Shown here: positions 12,868 to 25,740 of the stretch, piece after piece
Position numbering within the stretch: the first letter of the stretch is position 1
Layout of the letters: each line of letters begins with the position of its first letter
NCBI GenBank assembly: GCA_905178155.1
Contig: CAJINV010000001.1
Coordinates: 6,543,860 to 6,607,859, forward strand
DNA from: Amoebophrya sp. A120
Lineage: Eukaryota; Protista; Dinoflagellata
Length of the DNA stretch: 64,000 nt
Direction of reading: 5' to 3'
Program-made: the position numbers and the translations under genes
The notes under the pieces: generated by a model
Database searches by the model: none
What the model was told of the DNA's origin: nothing
Seen by the model: the letters and a program-made list of their open reading frames with translations, nothing else

Positions 12868-13317
12868 ATGCAAACGAGCCCCAAGGAGGCACGGCGTCCA
12901 AGAAGGACGAGCCCGGCGATTTTTTCGGCTCATCTTCTCGCTTGGTTTTATTCCGCAGTACCATTCGCAGAGGTCTTTTTCAAAGTATACGCTCCGGCAC
13001 CATTTCTCGTGGCAGCGGATCCAATCTCAGCCGAGTGGGACGCGTGCAAACAGTGCACACGAAATGAGCGCATCTTCTGCTACACGACCATGCGGTGCAT
13101 GAACAATCTGCACATTGACATGTCGACCACGAAGATCTTCGCGAAATGCCCCAACCCTCTGATGGTCCCGGAATCCTGCCGATCCAAGGGAATCTACCCT
13201 CCGACAGAAGAGCAGAAAGAACAGTACCGCCAAGAGCACGCGTACGAAGAAGAATTGCGCGCACAGCGACGAGCCGGTGGGATCGGCGGTGTTAGTGGTC
13301 ACGGAGAGGAATTGTAG
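12868..13317 (+). CDS. Small Cys-rich secretory protein with possible ER-retention tail
   Basis: 149-aa ORF with a hydrophobic N-terminal stretch, a CKQC..FC....RC..C..C cluster (PSI-like spacing) and a C-terminus HGEEL. Confidence 0.6.
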   Translation: MQTSPKEARRPRRTSPAIFSAHLLAWFYSAVPFAEVFFKVYAPAPFLVAADPISAEWDACKQCTRNERIFCYTTMRCMNNLHIDMSTTKIFAKCPNPLMVPESCRSKGIYPPTEEQKEQYRQEHAYEEELRAQRRAGGIGGVSGHGEEL

Positions 13318-13906
13318 TTGCGTTTACTTCCCTAGCCATCGGCTGCAACACGGGACGCATTTCTATGTGTGTTTGATTTGTGCTCCAGCATTACGGCCTT
13401 TCGTTTTACGATCCTACGGGAAAAACGAGAAAGGCATGCTTGATGAAGATGAGGCATCATCCGTCCTTCGCCACCTGTGGCTTGTTCATCATGTGTCTCT
13501 GGTCTAATCTAGAGAGCGAGTGGGGATCTTGAATGGGCACTGAAGCAGCAAAGTTGGCGTTGGTTCAGCAACCACGAGACGAACCAATAGAAAGCACAGC
13601 GATGCAGCAAAGAAAAAGACGTCGAGCAACGTAGATCGTGTTGAGAGAAACGAGATGAAGGTGAGTGCAGCGCAAATGGTACAGATGAGAATCCACTACT
13701 ATGATTTCGTCTCGGACGACGAGATCATGCATCGATGTCAATCTTATCCAATCCTCACGGAAAGAGAAAATAGGGCGGGACTGATCCTCGCCGCTTTTGT
13801 AGCGAAACAATAACGAACTAAAAATATGAGGATGCATTGGTACTTTTAGCCACGACGAGATTGGCAGGTTTAGCAAAAACCAGGGAAAACCAGTCCCAGA
13901 GACAAG

Positions 13907-14551
13907 ATGGCGCCCCATTACAAGGAGACGGACGAGGCGGAGCTCGGGAAGTGTTGCATTTGTTTCAGCCTGCGGCGCGGCGTCCTGTATTTCGTGTTCC
14001 TCGACCTGATCTTTTCTTTCATCGCATTTCTGAGCTTCATTACGGACGACATGCGTCCGGTCGCCGGCGGATACAGTGTCTACGGACGGATCGCGGCTGC
14101 GTCGCTGGGTCTGCTCGGACTCATGATCGGGTTCTCCCACGGGAAGATGGGCGTGTTTGACGCGAACGCCGAGCGTCTGTCCGTTTGGCTCACGTTCGTG
14201 TACTTCAAGGTCATTGCGTTGCTTTGCATCTACGGAAGCGACCTCGGAGCCCTGCTCAAGTGCCCCGAGGGCGGCGAGGGCGACAGCGAGGCGTCACCGA
14301 CGATTCGCACACTGGCCCTGAACAACGCGTGCCCCAAGGCGTTGATTGGGTCCAGCATCGTCTTTGGCTTGAAGCTGGTGTTTCTGCTCTGCACCGTCTA
14401 CGTCACGCGACGACTCATCGAAAAATGGAGCGTGGGAATCCGCTACAAGATCAACTTCAACCGGGACCCGTGGTTCATAAACGACAAGAGTTTCGAAGAC
14501 ACGACCTCCTACATGACCCTAGATCGGAGAGGTGGAGCTGTGGATGTTTGA
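13907..14551 (+). CDS. Four-TM membrane protein of unknown function
   Basis: 214-aa ORF with strong GC3 bias, an N-terminal CCICFSLRRG motif and four hydrophobic segments. Confidence 0.75.
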   Translation: MAPHYKETDEAELGKCCICFSLRRGVLYFVFLDLIFSFIAFLSFITDDMRPVAGGYSVYGRIAAASLGLLGLMIGFSHGKMGVFDANAERLSVWLTFVYFKVIALLCIYGSDLGALLKCPEGGEGDSEASPTIRTLALNNACPKALIGSSIVFGLKLVFLLCTVYVTRRLIEKWSVGIRYKINFNRDPWFINDKSFEDTTSYMTLDRRGGAVDV

Positions 14552-15350
14552 AATAAGCGGGATTCTACTTTTTGCACGGACGCGCTGCCAGCACAAGTCC
14601 ATTTGCTTCAGCTTCAACTTCATCGCGAAGTAGTACAAAGACGGGACGAGTGGAAAAGTACTGATGCAGATGCTGCACGAACACACTCCGAAACTGCAGG
14701 GTTTTCGTTTTGAGACATAGGAGGGTCGTCGTTGAGTTTTTATTTTTTCATTGGCTATGTCGCGTTCGTCTTCGTCCTAGACCTCGACGTGACATGGTCA
14801 AATATCGATTTTGAAAGTACTCAAATTCGTACGAAAGGTCAACACCGAAAGTTTCGTCGAAACATGCACAGAACAAAGAGATACGTCGAACATTTTCACT
14901 TTCAGAATAGCTCGCGTAACACTAACAGCTGCTGCTGCGCCACTGTTTCTGTTGAAATTAATAGCATCTCGTGCCGGTATGCCCTTACGCTTTCAATGTC
15001 ACACACATCCAGAGAGAGTCGTGGGGTTCAAAATGAGAGAAACAAGAATGAATGAACCGTAGTTTGACATGCACCAAGAACATCATCATCAACCCCTTTA
15101 CTCGTATAGAGATTGCTCGTCGACGTAAAACTCCGCCGTATTTTTGGGTCGTCAAAGTTGTTTGGTTGACGTCATCTCGTCTCAGACTCCGTCTCCTGAA
15201 GAACCAAAAATACCGAAAAACTTTGACTTTCAATTTTGATTCTCGTTCTCCACCTTGCTTGTACCTTCTCACTCGTAGATTTTTTTCGTTGGGCTTCTCG
15301 AGAATTGGGATAGCTCGGGGAAAAATCACGCAAAGATGCTGTCCATTCCG

Positions 15351-16808
15351 ATGTCGATGTCGGACCTCTCGGTCCACCCGGTCACACAGGTACTTATTGC
15401 TTGATTTTCGAACTTTCTCAAAGAAAAAAGCATGAAGATGGCACTTATTCTTATGCAGAATCAGCAACAGCATCTCTTGGTGGAGGTGGTGCCCGATGAT
15501 AATGAAGAAGGTTTTTTACAAATTTGAAAAATCAACAAAAACAGCTCATCTCCATGGAGTACCCAAGTATGCTGTACAAGGAGGCTGTGCTTTTCCTGTA
15601 CTGCTCAGCAATTACCGTCGAGCTGATGACAAACAAGAAGATGGTAAGATTTTTTTCGTTCTGTGTTTTCCTGTGTTTCTTTTAGTTCCACACCTATCTT
15701 TCCTGCAACACGCACCAGCACGGTGGATGAGACAGCTTGATCCGCTTCATGAACGCTTTATTTAGATGATCATGATAACTTACAAAAAAACACCACAACC
15801 CAGTTCACGTTCGCACACTCGTTTGTGCTCTCCCTGATCCGGGCATTTGGTAGTTACGGATTCGTGCTCCCCCTGGTGTTGGGTCAACTCCCGAACCGAG
15901 CCTTCGAAAGTTGCGACACCTACCTGTGGACCCTGGCGGGCTCCATGCTCTACGCAGGGTTTTTCCTGGCACACATGGTTCCGGAGCGATTCCACAAGTA
16001 CCCCTGCGTGCTGCACCGAGTGGCCTACTCCGTCATCCGCGGAAACAGTCTCGGGCACGGGTTCAGCATGACGGTATAGTGTGTGATGAATATCGTTAAC
16101 TACAGTTGAAGATGCTGCTTGGCAAGATAGTCCGCTTTACTTAGCAGATGCAAAATAAATGCTGGAGCTTTTAGACACGATCAGAATCGCATACAAAAAA
16201 CTTTCGTCCATGAAAACTCACACCAGGTCAACCTGATCCCGAACAGCGCTCTGGCTCCGTTCTTCGGTGGTTTCATTGCGGTTAACGGGCACCGGTTTCT
16301 GGAGTACGGCGTTGCCATCCTCGCCAAGGACACCGTCGACACCGACGTTGTCTTCGGCGTGTTCGGCTCCTGCATCTACTTCGTCGGCGTGCAGTACTTG
16401 AAATGCCCAGCCTCCGTCGCACGCGCCGTTCTCGTGCTCTTCCACGTATATATGGAGCTTGCTACTGCTTTAAGCATGTGCATAGACCTCGACGAGTTTG
16501 GATCATGCAAGCATGAATGAAAAATTTTTTGCCGTTCGCTGGCATACTTTCCTGAAAAAGAAAATGTAGTACAATTTCAAAATCACTACTATCTATCACA
16601 GTTCTTCCTGGAGTGCGGCTATGGTGACAAGCTGTCGGAGTACGTGAGCGAAAAGGCTACCGCCCTGAAGGAGAAGGTCACCGAGAAGTTCGGCAAGGTG
16701 TACGCCAAGCTCTTCAAGAAGGCGGCTGCCAAGTACCCGGCGGCCAAGGCTCCGGCCTCCAAGAGCATGAAGCGTGGCCGCTCCAAGACCCCGGCCAAGA
16801 AGAAGTAA
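15351..16808 (+). CDS. TRIC/TMEM38-like cation channel protein with Lys-rich tail (5 exons, 277 aa)
   Basis: Exons 15351-15389, 15545-15643, 15804-16073, 16227-16445 and 16602-16808, all joined by phase-0 GT-AG introns. SLIRAFGSYGFVLPLVLG resembles the TMEM38 FGSY..LLLG segment and several TM helices follow. The gene model is firm; the family call is inference. Confidence 0.65.
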
Positions 16809-17909
16809 GCGACTTTCTTCTATTTGGGGTGTGGAATAGAAAATGTGAGGAAAAATTCGTCACAAGGGGAGGTGACACAAAACAAATCTGGCGATTCGTT
16901 TCTGACGCAAAAACTAAATCTACCATGAAGTTTCAAATACAGTATCCTATGACTAAATCAGACAAACCTATTTTCGTTGATGTACCAGTTTGCCGTTACA
17001 CTTAGTCTTGACAGCCGTTGAAAGTATACAGAACCGAAGCTGCCGTTGCCGATAGTTTCACCAATCAAAGCTAGCGTGACTCGATGCTGTACCGCAGCTA
17101 GCCTCTACAGTATACGCTGATTTTCCTAAACCTTGCCGTCACCACTCTATTCCTCTTGACCAGAAACAAGTTCTCTAGAAGTAACCAGGTAACCAGTTGT
17201 AACAAACACATAGCAAATATCAGACAGGAAATCATTTCTATTTCAGATTCAGATTCTAGCACGCTCTTGCACAGAGCTACAAAACCAGGTGATACAGTGA
17301 TACTAGCCAAATCGTTATTCTAAGCTACCCGCGCTTCCGATGCGCAGGTGATGACCGAGGTGTATCAATATGCTTATCCAAGAATATGAAATGCAAATGC
17401 ACTGTACACCAGATAGTAGCTTGCACAGAAAGTAAATTCGATCGTCTCTCAGTTTCGATTTTAAATAAGAAAAACACTTTAATACCGCAGCAAGGTCCTT
17501 TCTCCAGCCAGCTCCGGATCTGGGTCGAGGCTGCCGAGCCTGTTTTCGTTTTCGTTCCTTCTTTTTGCACACGGTAATTCGCAAACACAACAAACGACTA
17601 AATTGAACGTCATCAAGTGGATGTGTTTCGAGAGCATCATCGCAGAGTGCCTCAAACGTGCAACCAAAAATAGAGCGGAAGGCGACAGCGCAAATTCAGC
17701 GTTTATTCGAATTCGTCGAGAGACTGAAGAGGTGCAGGTGCTCAAATCTGGCTTCGCCTGCGTTCCAAAACCAAAACGGTAAATCATGCTAGCTAAGTAG
17801 ACTAGCATTCTCAAGGTGCATTCAATGGCTACAGCTTTAGACACATTCGTAGTGAATTGTGTAGATGTAGTGTCACATTGCCATCATATCGCTGCACTAG
17901 GCACTCAAC

Positions 17910-20900
17910 ATGGTGAAGCTCGGCTGCCTCCGCTCCTGGTTGCGCGGGAAGCGTGGCAACAAGGTCATCGAGGACAGCCTTGTCGACGATGAAGCGTACT
18001 TCGCCCTTGCACAACAAAGGCTGTCGAAAAAAGTTGCCTTGTCTAAGCGGGAAGTCGACGGGGAATGGACGGAGCTGAAGAAAAGCATCATCTCTCAAAT
18101 CATGATGATCTGCACCGACGACACCGACTTAGATACCGACAGCATCTCCCGATTGCAGGACCAGGTACTTACCCCGCTATCTACGGCCGTCGACGGTCGG
18201 AAAATCACACAGGTTCTTCAACTGGTCACCGAACTGCAAACCAATGCGCATTTGAACCGGAAGTGGGTCGTGCAGCCGAAAAAGCTCGAGAGGGTCAAGA
18301 CGCGGGCGGCTGGGTTACAGCTGGCGGAAGTGCGGTTGTCTGTTTGGAAGCGGTTGGAATCCAGCGTGAAGACCATTCAGGAAGCCTGTAGCGACGGGCC
18401 TTTCGACGCCTGGCCGACGCTGGAGCCGTGGATTCGATTTGCAGAGGAGAAGCTGAAGCTCGGAACATCCAGCGCGGCTTCGTCGGCAATAAGTTCGGGT
18501 GCGAAGAGTAGTACCTCGAAAAGCTCTTCTTCGCTAAGCAGCAATCACTCGCAACTACAGGCGCGGTTCGATCGAATTCTAGACTTGGATGACATTCACG
18601 CCTGCGCGCGACCCCGGTCCAAGAGTGTTGGTGGTGGAAGCAATTCGGTGCAAATGAGCAGCACGGGCAAAACACTGCTCGCGGCGTCGGCTGAAATGGC
18701 TTCCGATCAGTCAGAGCAGAACAAGAGATCATCCTCAAGTGCATCGAATGCCGGCTCGCGCCCGGGCTCTCGCGGCACCACCAGCAGGATGGGGGACGGA
18801 GCCGACTTGATGCAGCGCTCGGGGAGAAGTAACGGCAATGCCGGCACAGATGTTGACCAATCAGATTCTCGTCGAGCACCAAAAGTTCCTGGATTACAGC
18901 AGTTGAGGACCTCCAACATAAAGCAGCTCCAGTCGTCGCCCGACGAAAAAAACATCACGGGAAAGTCGAAAACAAGCTCGTTGTCCCGGCGAAGCACGCC
19001 GTCGAAGAACGCAGTCTCTCCTGAGGTGCTGATTGATGAGGACGATGATGATGCGGACTTTGCGTTTGACGTTCCCTACACGGCGAGAAGCAATCGCAGT
19101 AACATCTACGAGGTCTTGGAACAGGAGCGAAAAACGAAATTTGACCCGAACATCCTGAAACAGCACGATATCGATCGGATCAGAAGAAGTCGACAGCAGG
19201 GAGAGACCGCAAGCACGCCGCGGGCGAGAAGCAGCAGGCACGCGAGCTCTGGTATTCCTATTCGTATTGAAGAGCGATGATGTTTTGAGCGATGAAACCA
19301 GCTGCAGGCTGAGCATTCTTTGATGTTGTGATAGATTCATTCTGTTTCAGCTGCAAAAAGCTTCCATGCATCTACTTCTGCAATCGCAATCCTTCTCCAA
19401 TGCCCATTCCCATTCTTTCAGAACGCGATGCCGGCAGCAGTCCGCCGTTGCCACGTATTCCGACTCCTCGGCGAAGTACTTCCTCTAACTCCGGGCCCCC
19501 GCAACAGCCAAGTGAATGTAAACCACCGCGGCCAGGAGCAGGACCAGAAAAAAAGGATGGTTCTCAACCGGTTAAGCCGCCGATTAATCCAGTGCCATTG
19601 CGACCCTTCTCGGCAAGGAGTACCTTTTCTTTTGATGCTCACACTTTCATCTGTTGCAGTTGCTGGCCTGCTATCCGTAATTGCTATATTCCAAGATGAG
19701 GATATGGGTTGCGACAAAAACATAAACAATCTAATACTGATTCTCCAGGTATTCGCATCGCGGAGGCGCTTTCCGCGAACCCAAATCCCAATGCAGATTC
19801 GCAAAAATCGAAACGCCCGATGAGCGCTGGCATGTTTGCGTTCCGGCGTTTCGTCAATGGGTCCGCTCCGAGTTCCGAGGCTGGCACGCGCGCGGCTGCA
19901 GAACAGGAGCTGGGACCTGGGCAGCACTTTCCCGGCCAAGGTTCCAGCAGTAGCAGCTCATCTGGACCCGGAACTACTTCTACCGAATCGAAATCCAACC
20001 ATGATCCCGCAGACAGCGCGTCGGGGATTTTCTCGGGCTACAAACCGCCACCGGCGAATGCAAACAGTGAACGACCACGAAAAAGCTCGCCGATTGCGTC
20101 CCCGGACAGACCACCAAGGCCGGAGCAAAGCAGCAAAGCCCGAACAGCGGACCAAGTCGGCGGAAGAGGCAGTGGAGCGACGCCAGCTTCGCCGGATGAT
20201 TTGAATTCCCCACCACAAAACAACTCGAGCGAGGAGCCCCCTGCGTACTCGCGGCGCCGCAGCAAGAGCGCAGCAGCGGCCGCGGCCGGGAAGGAGTTTT
20301 ACTTTCACCGAGAGTACTACACGTCGCGCGCTCCCGAGGCAGAGAGTCAGGACGCAGCAGGGCGCGGTGGTGCTGCCACGCCAAGCACCACGGCGACTCC
20401 CGATGACAGAGAACCAGAGCGACCGAAAGAGCGAGTGATCAAAGTGAACGTCACGCGCGCCTCTAACATCGTCGAGGAGCAGCAGCAAGCGAGTGGCGAG
20501 CACGCAGCTGGTGGACTGCTGCCTCCGCGCGGCAGCACAAGGCCGCCGATCTACAAGAATCCAGGAACCACGGCCGCGTCGTCGAGTGCAAAGCCACCTC
20601 CTGCTCCGCCCGAGCAAGGCAGTGCTCAACAGTCGTCTTCTGACGCAGGAGCATCTTCGTCTTCCTCCGCCTACAATAAACCGCAACCGCATGCCAGTCG
20701 ACCTGCGAGTTCGAGCGTATACCAAAACTCGACCCCGCGCATGTCGACGACGCCCGGAACCGGTGGGCCGTCGCCGCACACGCCATCGTCTTCCTACGAA
20801 GGAAGTTCGCCGCCGCCGTACAACGTAGAAACCCCGCGGGCTATGCAAACTCCACGCGAGCACCCACGGGAAGTTGCGGCAAGGTAGAGACGATCGATGT

Positions 20901-22392
20901 TCAGAATCAAAGTGACTTCAACTCTGTGCTTCTGTGTAGGTGCATTGGTTTTGTGATGTCAGTTCAGAAAGATTCCAAATTCGTATCCCTTCCGTCGTAC
21001 AGGATGTTCGCAGCGGCGCGAGAAGCGGGGGTGCGGATGAATCGACCACAAAGTGCGCGCCCACCAACAGCGGCACCACCGTCGCAGCAGCATGCGCAGC
21101 CGCCGAGTGCTTCGAGACCAGACGAGTCCTCGTCGAGCTCATCTCGACCCGGTATGTTCGCCTCATTTTTTTTTGAATCTTGCACTACTAGAATTTGTGG
21201 TCTACTTTCAAGTTTAGGATTAGAGCCCAGCGTACAAATCATTTCAACAAAACCACACAAAGGCCCGAGCCAGCAATCGTATCGTCACTCCGGACGTGAA
21301 TATGTCACCTCGTCTTCCTCGAGTAGTTCTACTACGCACGCTCAACAACAAGAACCCCGCACTGAATACGACCAGTACTACCACCAGCGGAGTTCGTACT
21401 ACCAAAAGATGCACGAGGAACACGCCGCGCGCCGATCCGCTTCGGCGGGCCGAACGCGAGGAGTGCGTGTCGAATACAGCGACGGCAGTCAAAGAACCCG
21501 GTCCGGACACGGTCACGGGCACTTACCCGGAGGGGGTTCTCGCACACCAGCAGCTGCTTCCGGCAGTGACAAAGAAAACAACCAGCACATCCCGAGGTTC
21601 GCGCAACATCAGATGCCGCCCCGCGCGCCGGACTCCGGGCGCAGCGACGGCTCCAACATGGACTCGGCCCGCAGTGCGGGCGGCGGCTTTTTTCCCCATT
21701 CGGATTGGTTCCGCAGGAGCGAGCGGGAGCGCGAGGAGCAGCGCTACGCGGACCGACGCGACCAGGAGGAAAAAGACCTGCGCGAGAAACTCCGACAGCA
21801 AAAGGAGTACGAGCGGCAGCGACAAGCGCAGGCGGAGGCGGCGCGGAAAGCCCGCGAGCAGTATTTTAACAACCAGCAAGAGCAGCGACGGCACTCCTCT
21901 GGCAGTGCCTCGGGATCCTCGTCTTCTCGCAGTAGCAAGCGGATGTCGGGCGCCGAGCGGCAGGACGCGCTTCGCTGTCTCGGGCTGGACGGATCGAAGA
22001 TTCCAACCGCAGAAGACTTGAAACAGGCGTACAGGTACGATCCTGGACCTGGTCGAAGTGTAGTTACAGTTAGTTTACTTTCAGATTTCTTTTTTTTGTC
22101 ATCACACGTCGGCGCGCGCACGAGGCTAGAAGTTAGTTTGCATCACTGTGTCGCAACAATCTATCCCAAAAATCAACACAGGCGTAAGGCGATGGAATGG
22201 CACCCGGATCGGGCACAGAACCACGATAAGCAGGAGTACGCGAGTGACATGTTCAAAAAAGTGAAGTCCTGCTACGACCGCTTGTTGGACGAAAACGGCA
22301 GCGGGAAAGAAAACCAGACTCCCACCGCGCCGACGCAACACCGGAGTTACAGTATGAATCCGAACCGCGGACACGGTGGATTCCGCATCTAG
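17910..22392 (+). CDS. ~1270-aa low-complexity protein with C-terminal DnaJ (J) domain
   Basis: GT-AG introns 19252-19421, 19620-19748, 20884-21002, 21152-21262 and 22035-22181 give one continuous frame. The spliced J domain reads ALRCLGL...EDLKQAYRRKAMEWHPDR...MFKKVKSCYDRL. Joining the 17910 ORF to the rest is inferred from a phase-compatible intron. Confidence 0.75.
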
Positions 22393-23491
22393 CGAGTGTG
22401 TGCTTCAGCTCATCTTGCTTTCGAGAATGAATCGTTGAAAGTCTCAATAAGAATGATTCGTGTTTTCACGACGACCAGTATAGTCCTTACAACTTGAACT
22501 TACGAAAACCAATAACCCTGAACTTTTCAAATCAAAATAACACTTTAGACAAATGTCGTTGGTAGGTGTCGGTGTGTGAACACTCGAATAGATTACTTTC
22601 AAATGTAGGATTTTGAGTATGCTATGACAATGAAAAACTTGAAGTTTTGAAAGCTTCGCGTTTCTACACGCTACTCGCGGCCACGAAATGAACTTTACCC
22701 AGATAGTACAAGCACTTCACGAACGACACCACTCTCGATCAAGCCTTCGCCAGTCTTTTCTTTTTCTCACCAACTAGGAAACAATGTCAACGATATACCA
22801 CACTACCACTAGAACTTCTCGTATAGGTATTCAAATGTAAAATCAAAATCTAGCAAATCTATCAGAATGTTGAATAACTACGATGACGACAACACAAAGA
22901 GGAATGCGAACGTCCCGTGGAACATCAAGAAGATACTTCCACTCTTTCTTTGAAATGAACTGGAGCTTTTTTTTGTTGAAACTCAAAAAAAGTTGAATGA
23001 TGAACTAGAAAGAACCGAGCCTATTTCAGAAGATTGAACCGAAGATTATCTGACTTTTTCAGGAAGAGCTAAAACCTCCAGAACGATCGATATCGAAGAC
23101 TTGATTCGGGATCGGGATTGCGTCCTTCATCTACAGTTCGTCAGTGACCGTGGTGCGCTGTGGAATGAACCGAGCATTGGCTCACCTTGATGTTACCGCC
23201 AGCGCTACCTGCTGAAGCAGTCGATGCCGATCTTCTTTTCATCTCCGACGAGTGCGAGTCGCATCCATAGCCGCGTGACCCGAAAACAAAAGCAAACGGC
23301 TAACGAATGAGAACGAGAAGTAGATATACGAATACCCTCCAACTAAGATCAATCAGAGGCGGGAAGAGGAAGTCCAACACAACAACTACTTTTCGGAGCC
23401 TCTGTTCCAGATCTTTCGTCTTGCGCTTTTACAAAGTTTCACTTTCAAGTCCATGCATATGATCATTTAAAACAGACCAAAAGGCACCAAG

Positions 23492-25740
23492 ATGGGCAAC
23501 GCAATTGGACTTGAGGAGGACCTCAACCTTGCTTCGGTCCTCGAAATCCCGCAGTGCTTCTGTGTCTCCGAGAGACGGGGTCGCAATAACTGCACCCCGG
23601 TCAACCCGATAAGTTGCGATGTCCATTGCGAGGACCCCGAGGATCGGCGGCAGCGGGAGCGGTTTCTGCTCCAAAACACGCTTCCGCAGCAGCTTCCAGA
23701 TTTCCACACGCGGCTGGCACGCGCCAAAGGCGCGCAACTGCATGACCAACTGCCGCGGGTGATGGTGTGGCGCGAAAACGTGAACCCAGCCGCGACTAAT
23801 CGAAGACCATACCCTCCGCATGCAAGCGGTGTACACGCGAACAGCGGCGACCAATCGCAGCTGCCAGCTTGGGCGGAGGAAACCGATGACGAAGAGGAGG
23901 AGGTGGAAGTATCAACGCAAGACAGCATGCTGAATTTTTCCGCGCGAGGAGCGAACTGCGCTTTGACAGTCTTGTACAACCAGAAGACCATGGTCGGAAA
24001 AAGTGTGAAACTTGGGCCAGCATCAAATGTGAGTCAAGGAGGAGCTACATCTTCATCATCTGGAGCAGTCTCGGCGTCTGCTACTAACAATTCAGCCGAT
24101 AATTTTCAGTTCTTCAACTTTGTGATTCCATCCGGCAATCCGAAAAGTGTGCACTTCAAACTCGATCGGTTGGATCACGATTACCCAATGCAGTTCCAGC
24201 TCGACACCGATTTTGGGGTGCAAATCGGTGGCCTCGACATTCTCCCGCTTTTGACGCTGGAAAGAGCGTTCTACGAGGAGGACCTGCGCTTCCTGGCCAC
24301 CAATAGAAACTCCGCCAGGAAGCAAAGCTCCTCCGCTTCTTCTCCACAGAAATTTTCGCCCGACGCTGCCAACGCAGACGCCATGGCGCGCCGCAATCTC
24401 CGCGACCAACAGCAGGGCAGCAGCCCAATAACCGGGAGAGCGGTTGCATCTGCGTCCATGCCAAACTGCAACTCCCCGACGAGTCGCTTGAACGCCGGCG
24501 AAGGAGTGACAGATGACGCCCTAGGCGCAGCAGCAGGACTGCCGGCAACAGCATCTTCGCCAGTAACCTCACCAACGCGTGGACCTGCTGCCACCGCGGC
24601 GTTCTCGCCTGATCAGACGCGCCGACGCTCCATGTCCCCGCAGCGCCAGCAGGAAAAGCTTAGCGTGGAAGTCAGAGACGGGGGAGTCTGTGTGATTCCG
24701 GGCCTCTACACGATGAAAAATGAGGTGGAGCTCGAGGTGCGCGGAATGGCGGGGACGGAAGAGGTTTCGCTGTATTTGAACGGCGGCGAAGCAGTGCTCG
24801 ACACGCAGGTCCGGCTGACGCCGCAATTTCGGACGCTCAAGTATAGTGCACTTTGAGTCTTATGATCTTTCCGTGTGAAGAAGACTATCTGCTTGCGGCT
24901 CGCACATTCTTTTTCTTGCAGCTTGTGCAGGAGCTGCTTATACTTACATCAAAAATCAAGTGACCTCGAGCGTGTGGCACAAGCAACAACGAGTGAAAAT
25001 CGCAAACACAGGTACTACATCACCCCCTTGGCCTACCACGTGCACAGTCTCGATTTTCTCTTTCGCTTTCGGGAGGACGCCCGCCCCTCGCTCGATTTAC
25101 AGCCCTGTGTCGTCGTCAGCCGTCGGATCGGGGTGCTGTGCCGGGGAAAGCAAAACATCCTTCCCAGCACTATCCTGTGCAGAAGTATCGCACTCGTACT
25201 AATTGCATATATGCATGACAAATATCTTTCCTAGTGCAAAACAGCGTTACAAATTCCACTTTTCTTCTTGCCAAAATTTGTCATGCAATTTATACTAGTG
25301 CGATACTTCTGCAATGCATAGCCGCCGTGTATTACCCACTGGATCCGGAGAATCGCAGCGGTGGAGGCGACCCGCAGGACGAGGAGGACCTGCAGGTGGT
25401 GCGCAACGGCATTTTTCGCCGCCCGGGGATTTACCGCATGATGCCGTACGGGAAGGCTTTGAAAACTTTAATCGACTCGGCGGGAGCGGCGGTAGCGACA
25501 AATCCGGGAGGAGTTTTACAACCCTCGCGCCAGCTTCTGCCGGGACAAAACAGGAACGCACGGAGTTCCTCGAGCGGCTCCTCTGCAAGTGGCACGACCG
25601 ACGGCGGACGCGACGCGGGTTCAGCAGCTGCCTCAAATCGGTCGGCGTACGGATTCGTCTCGAATAGTACCGGGTCTGGCGGAGGGGGGCCTCTTCACGC
25701 TACACCTACGCTGCAAGCTTTTGCTGGGCGAAGGATTTGA
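23492..25740 (+). CDS. Hypothetical protein (~646 aa), possible N-myristoylation (MGN)
   Basis: ORF 23492, GT-AG intron 24841-25011 and a 137-nt intron around 25178-25321 link three ORF segments in frame. No family recognised. Confidence 0.7.
25178..25321. mobile_element. Introner-like intron with terminal inverted repeats
   Basis: tgcagaagtatcgcactcgta (25178-25198) is the reverse complement of tactagtgcgatacttctgca (25293-25313) with 1 mismatch, and the pairing extends inward (tgcatgacaaat/atttgtcatgca). TGCA direct repeats at 25178 and 25315. Removing 137 nt restores the frame. Confidence 0.75.

Noticed and set aside
16700-16808. Lys-rich peptide as a stand-alone DVNP or histone H1 gene
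   Set aside because: It is the last exon of the spliced membrane-protein gene and lacks a DVNP core.
16810-17900. Short ORFs in intergenic DNA (also 14560-15340, 22400-23480, 50560-51390)
   Set aside because: No coding bias, motifs or consistent splice partners; treated as UTR or intergenic.
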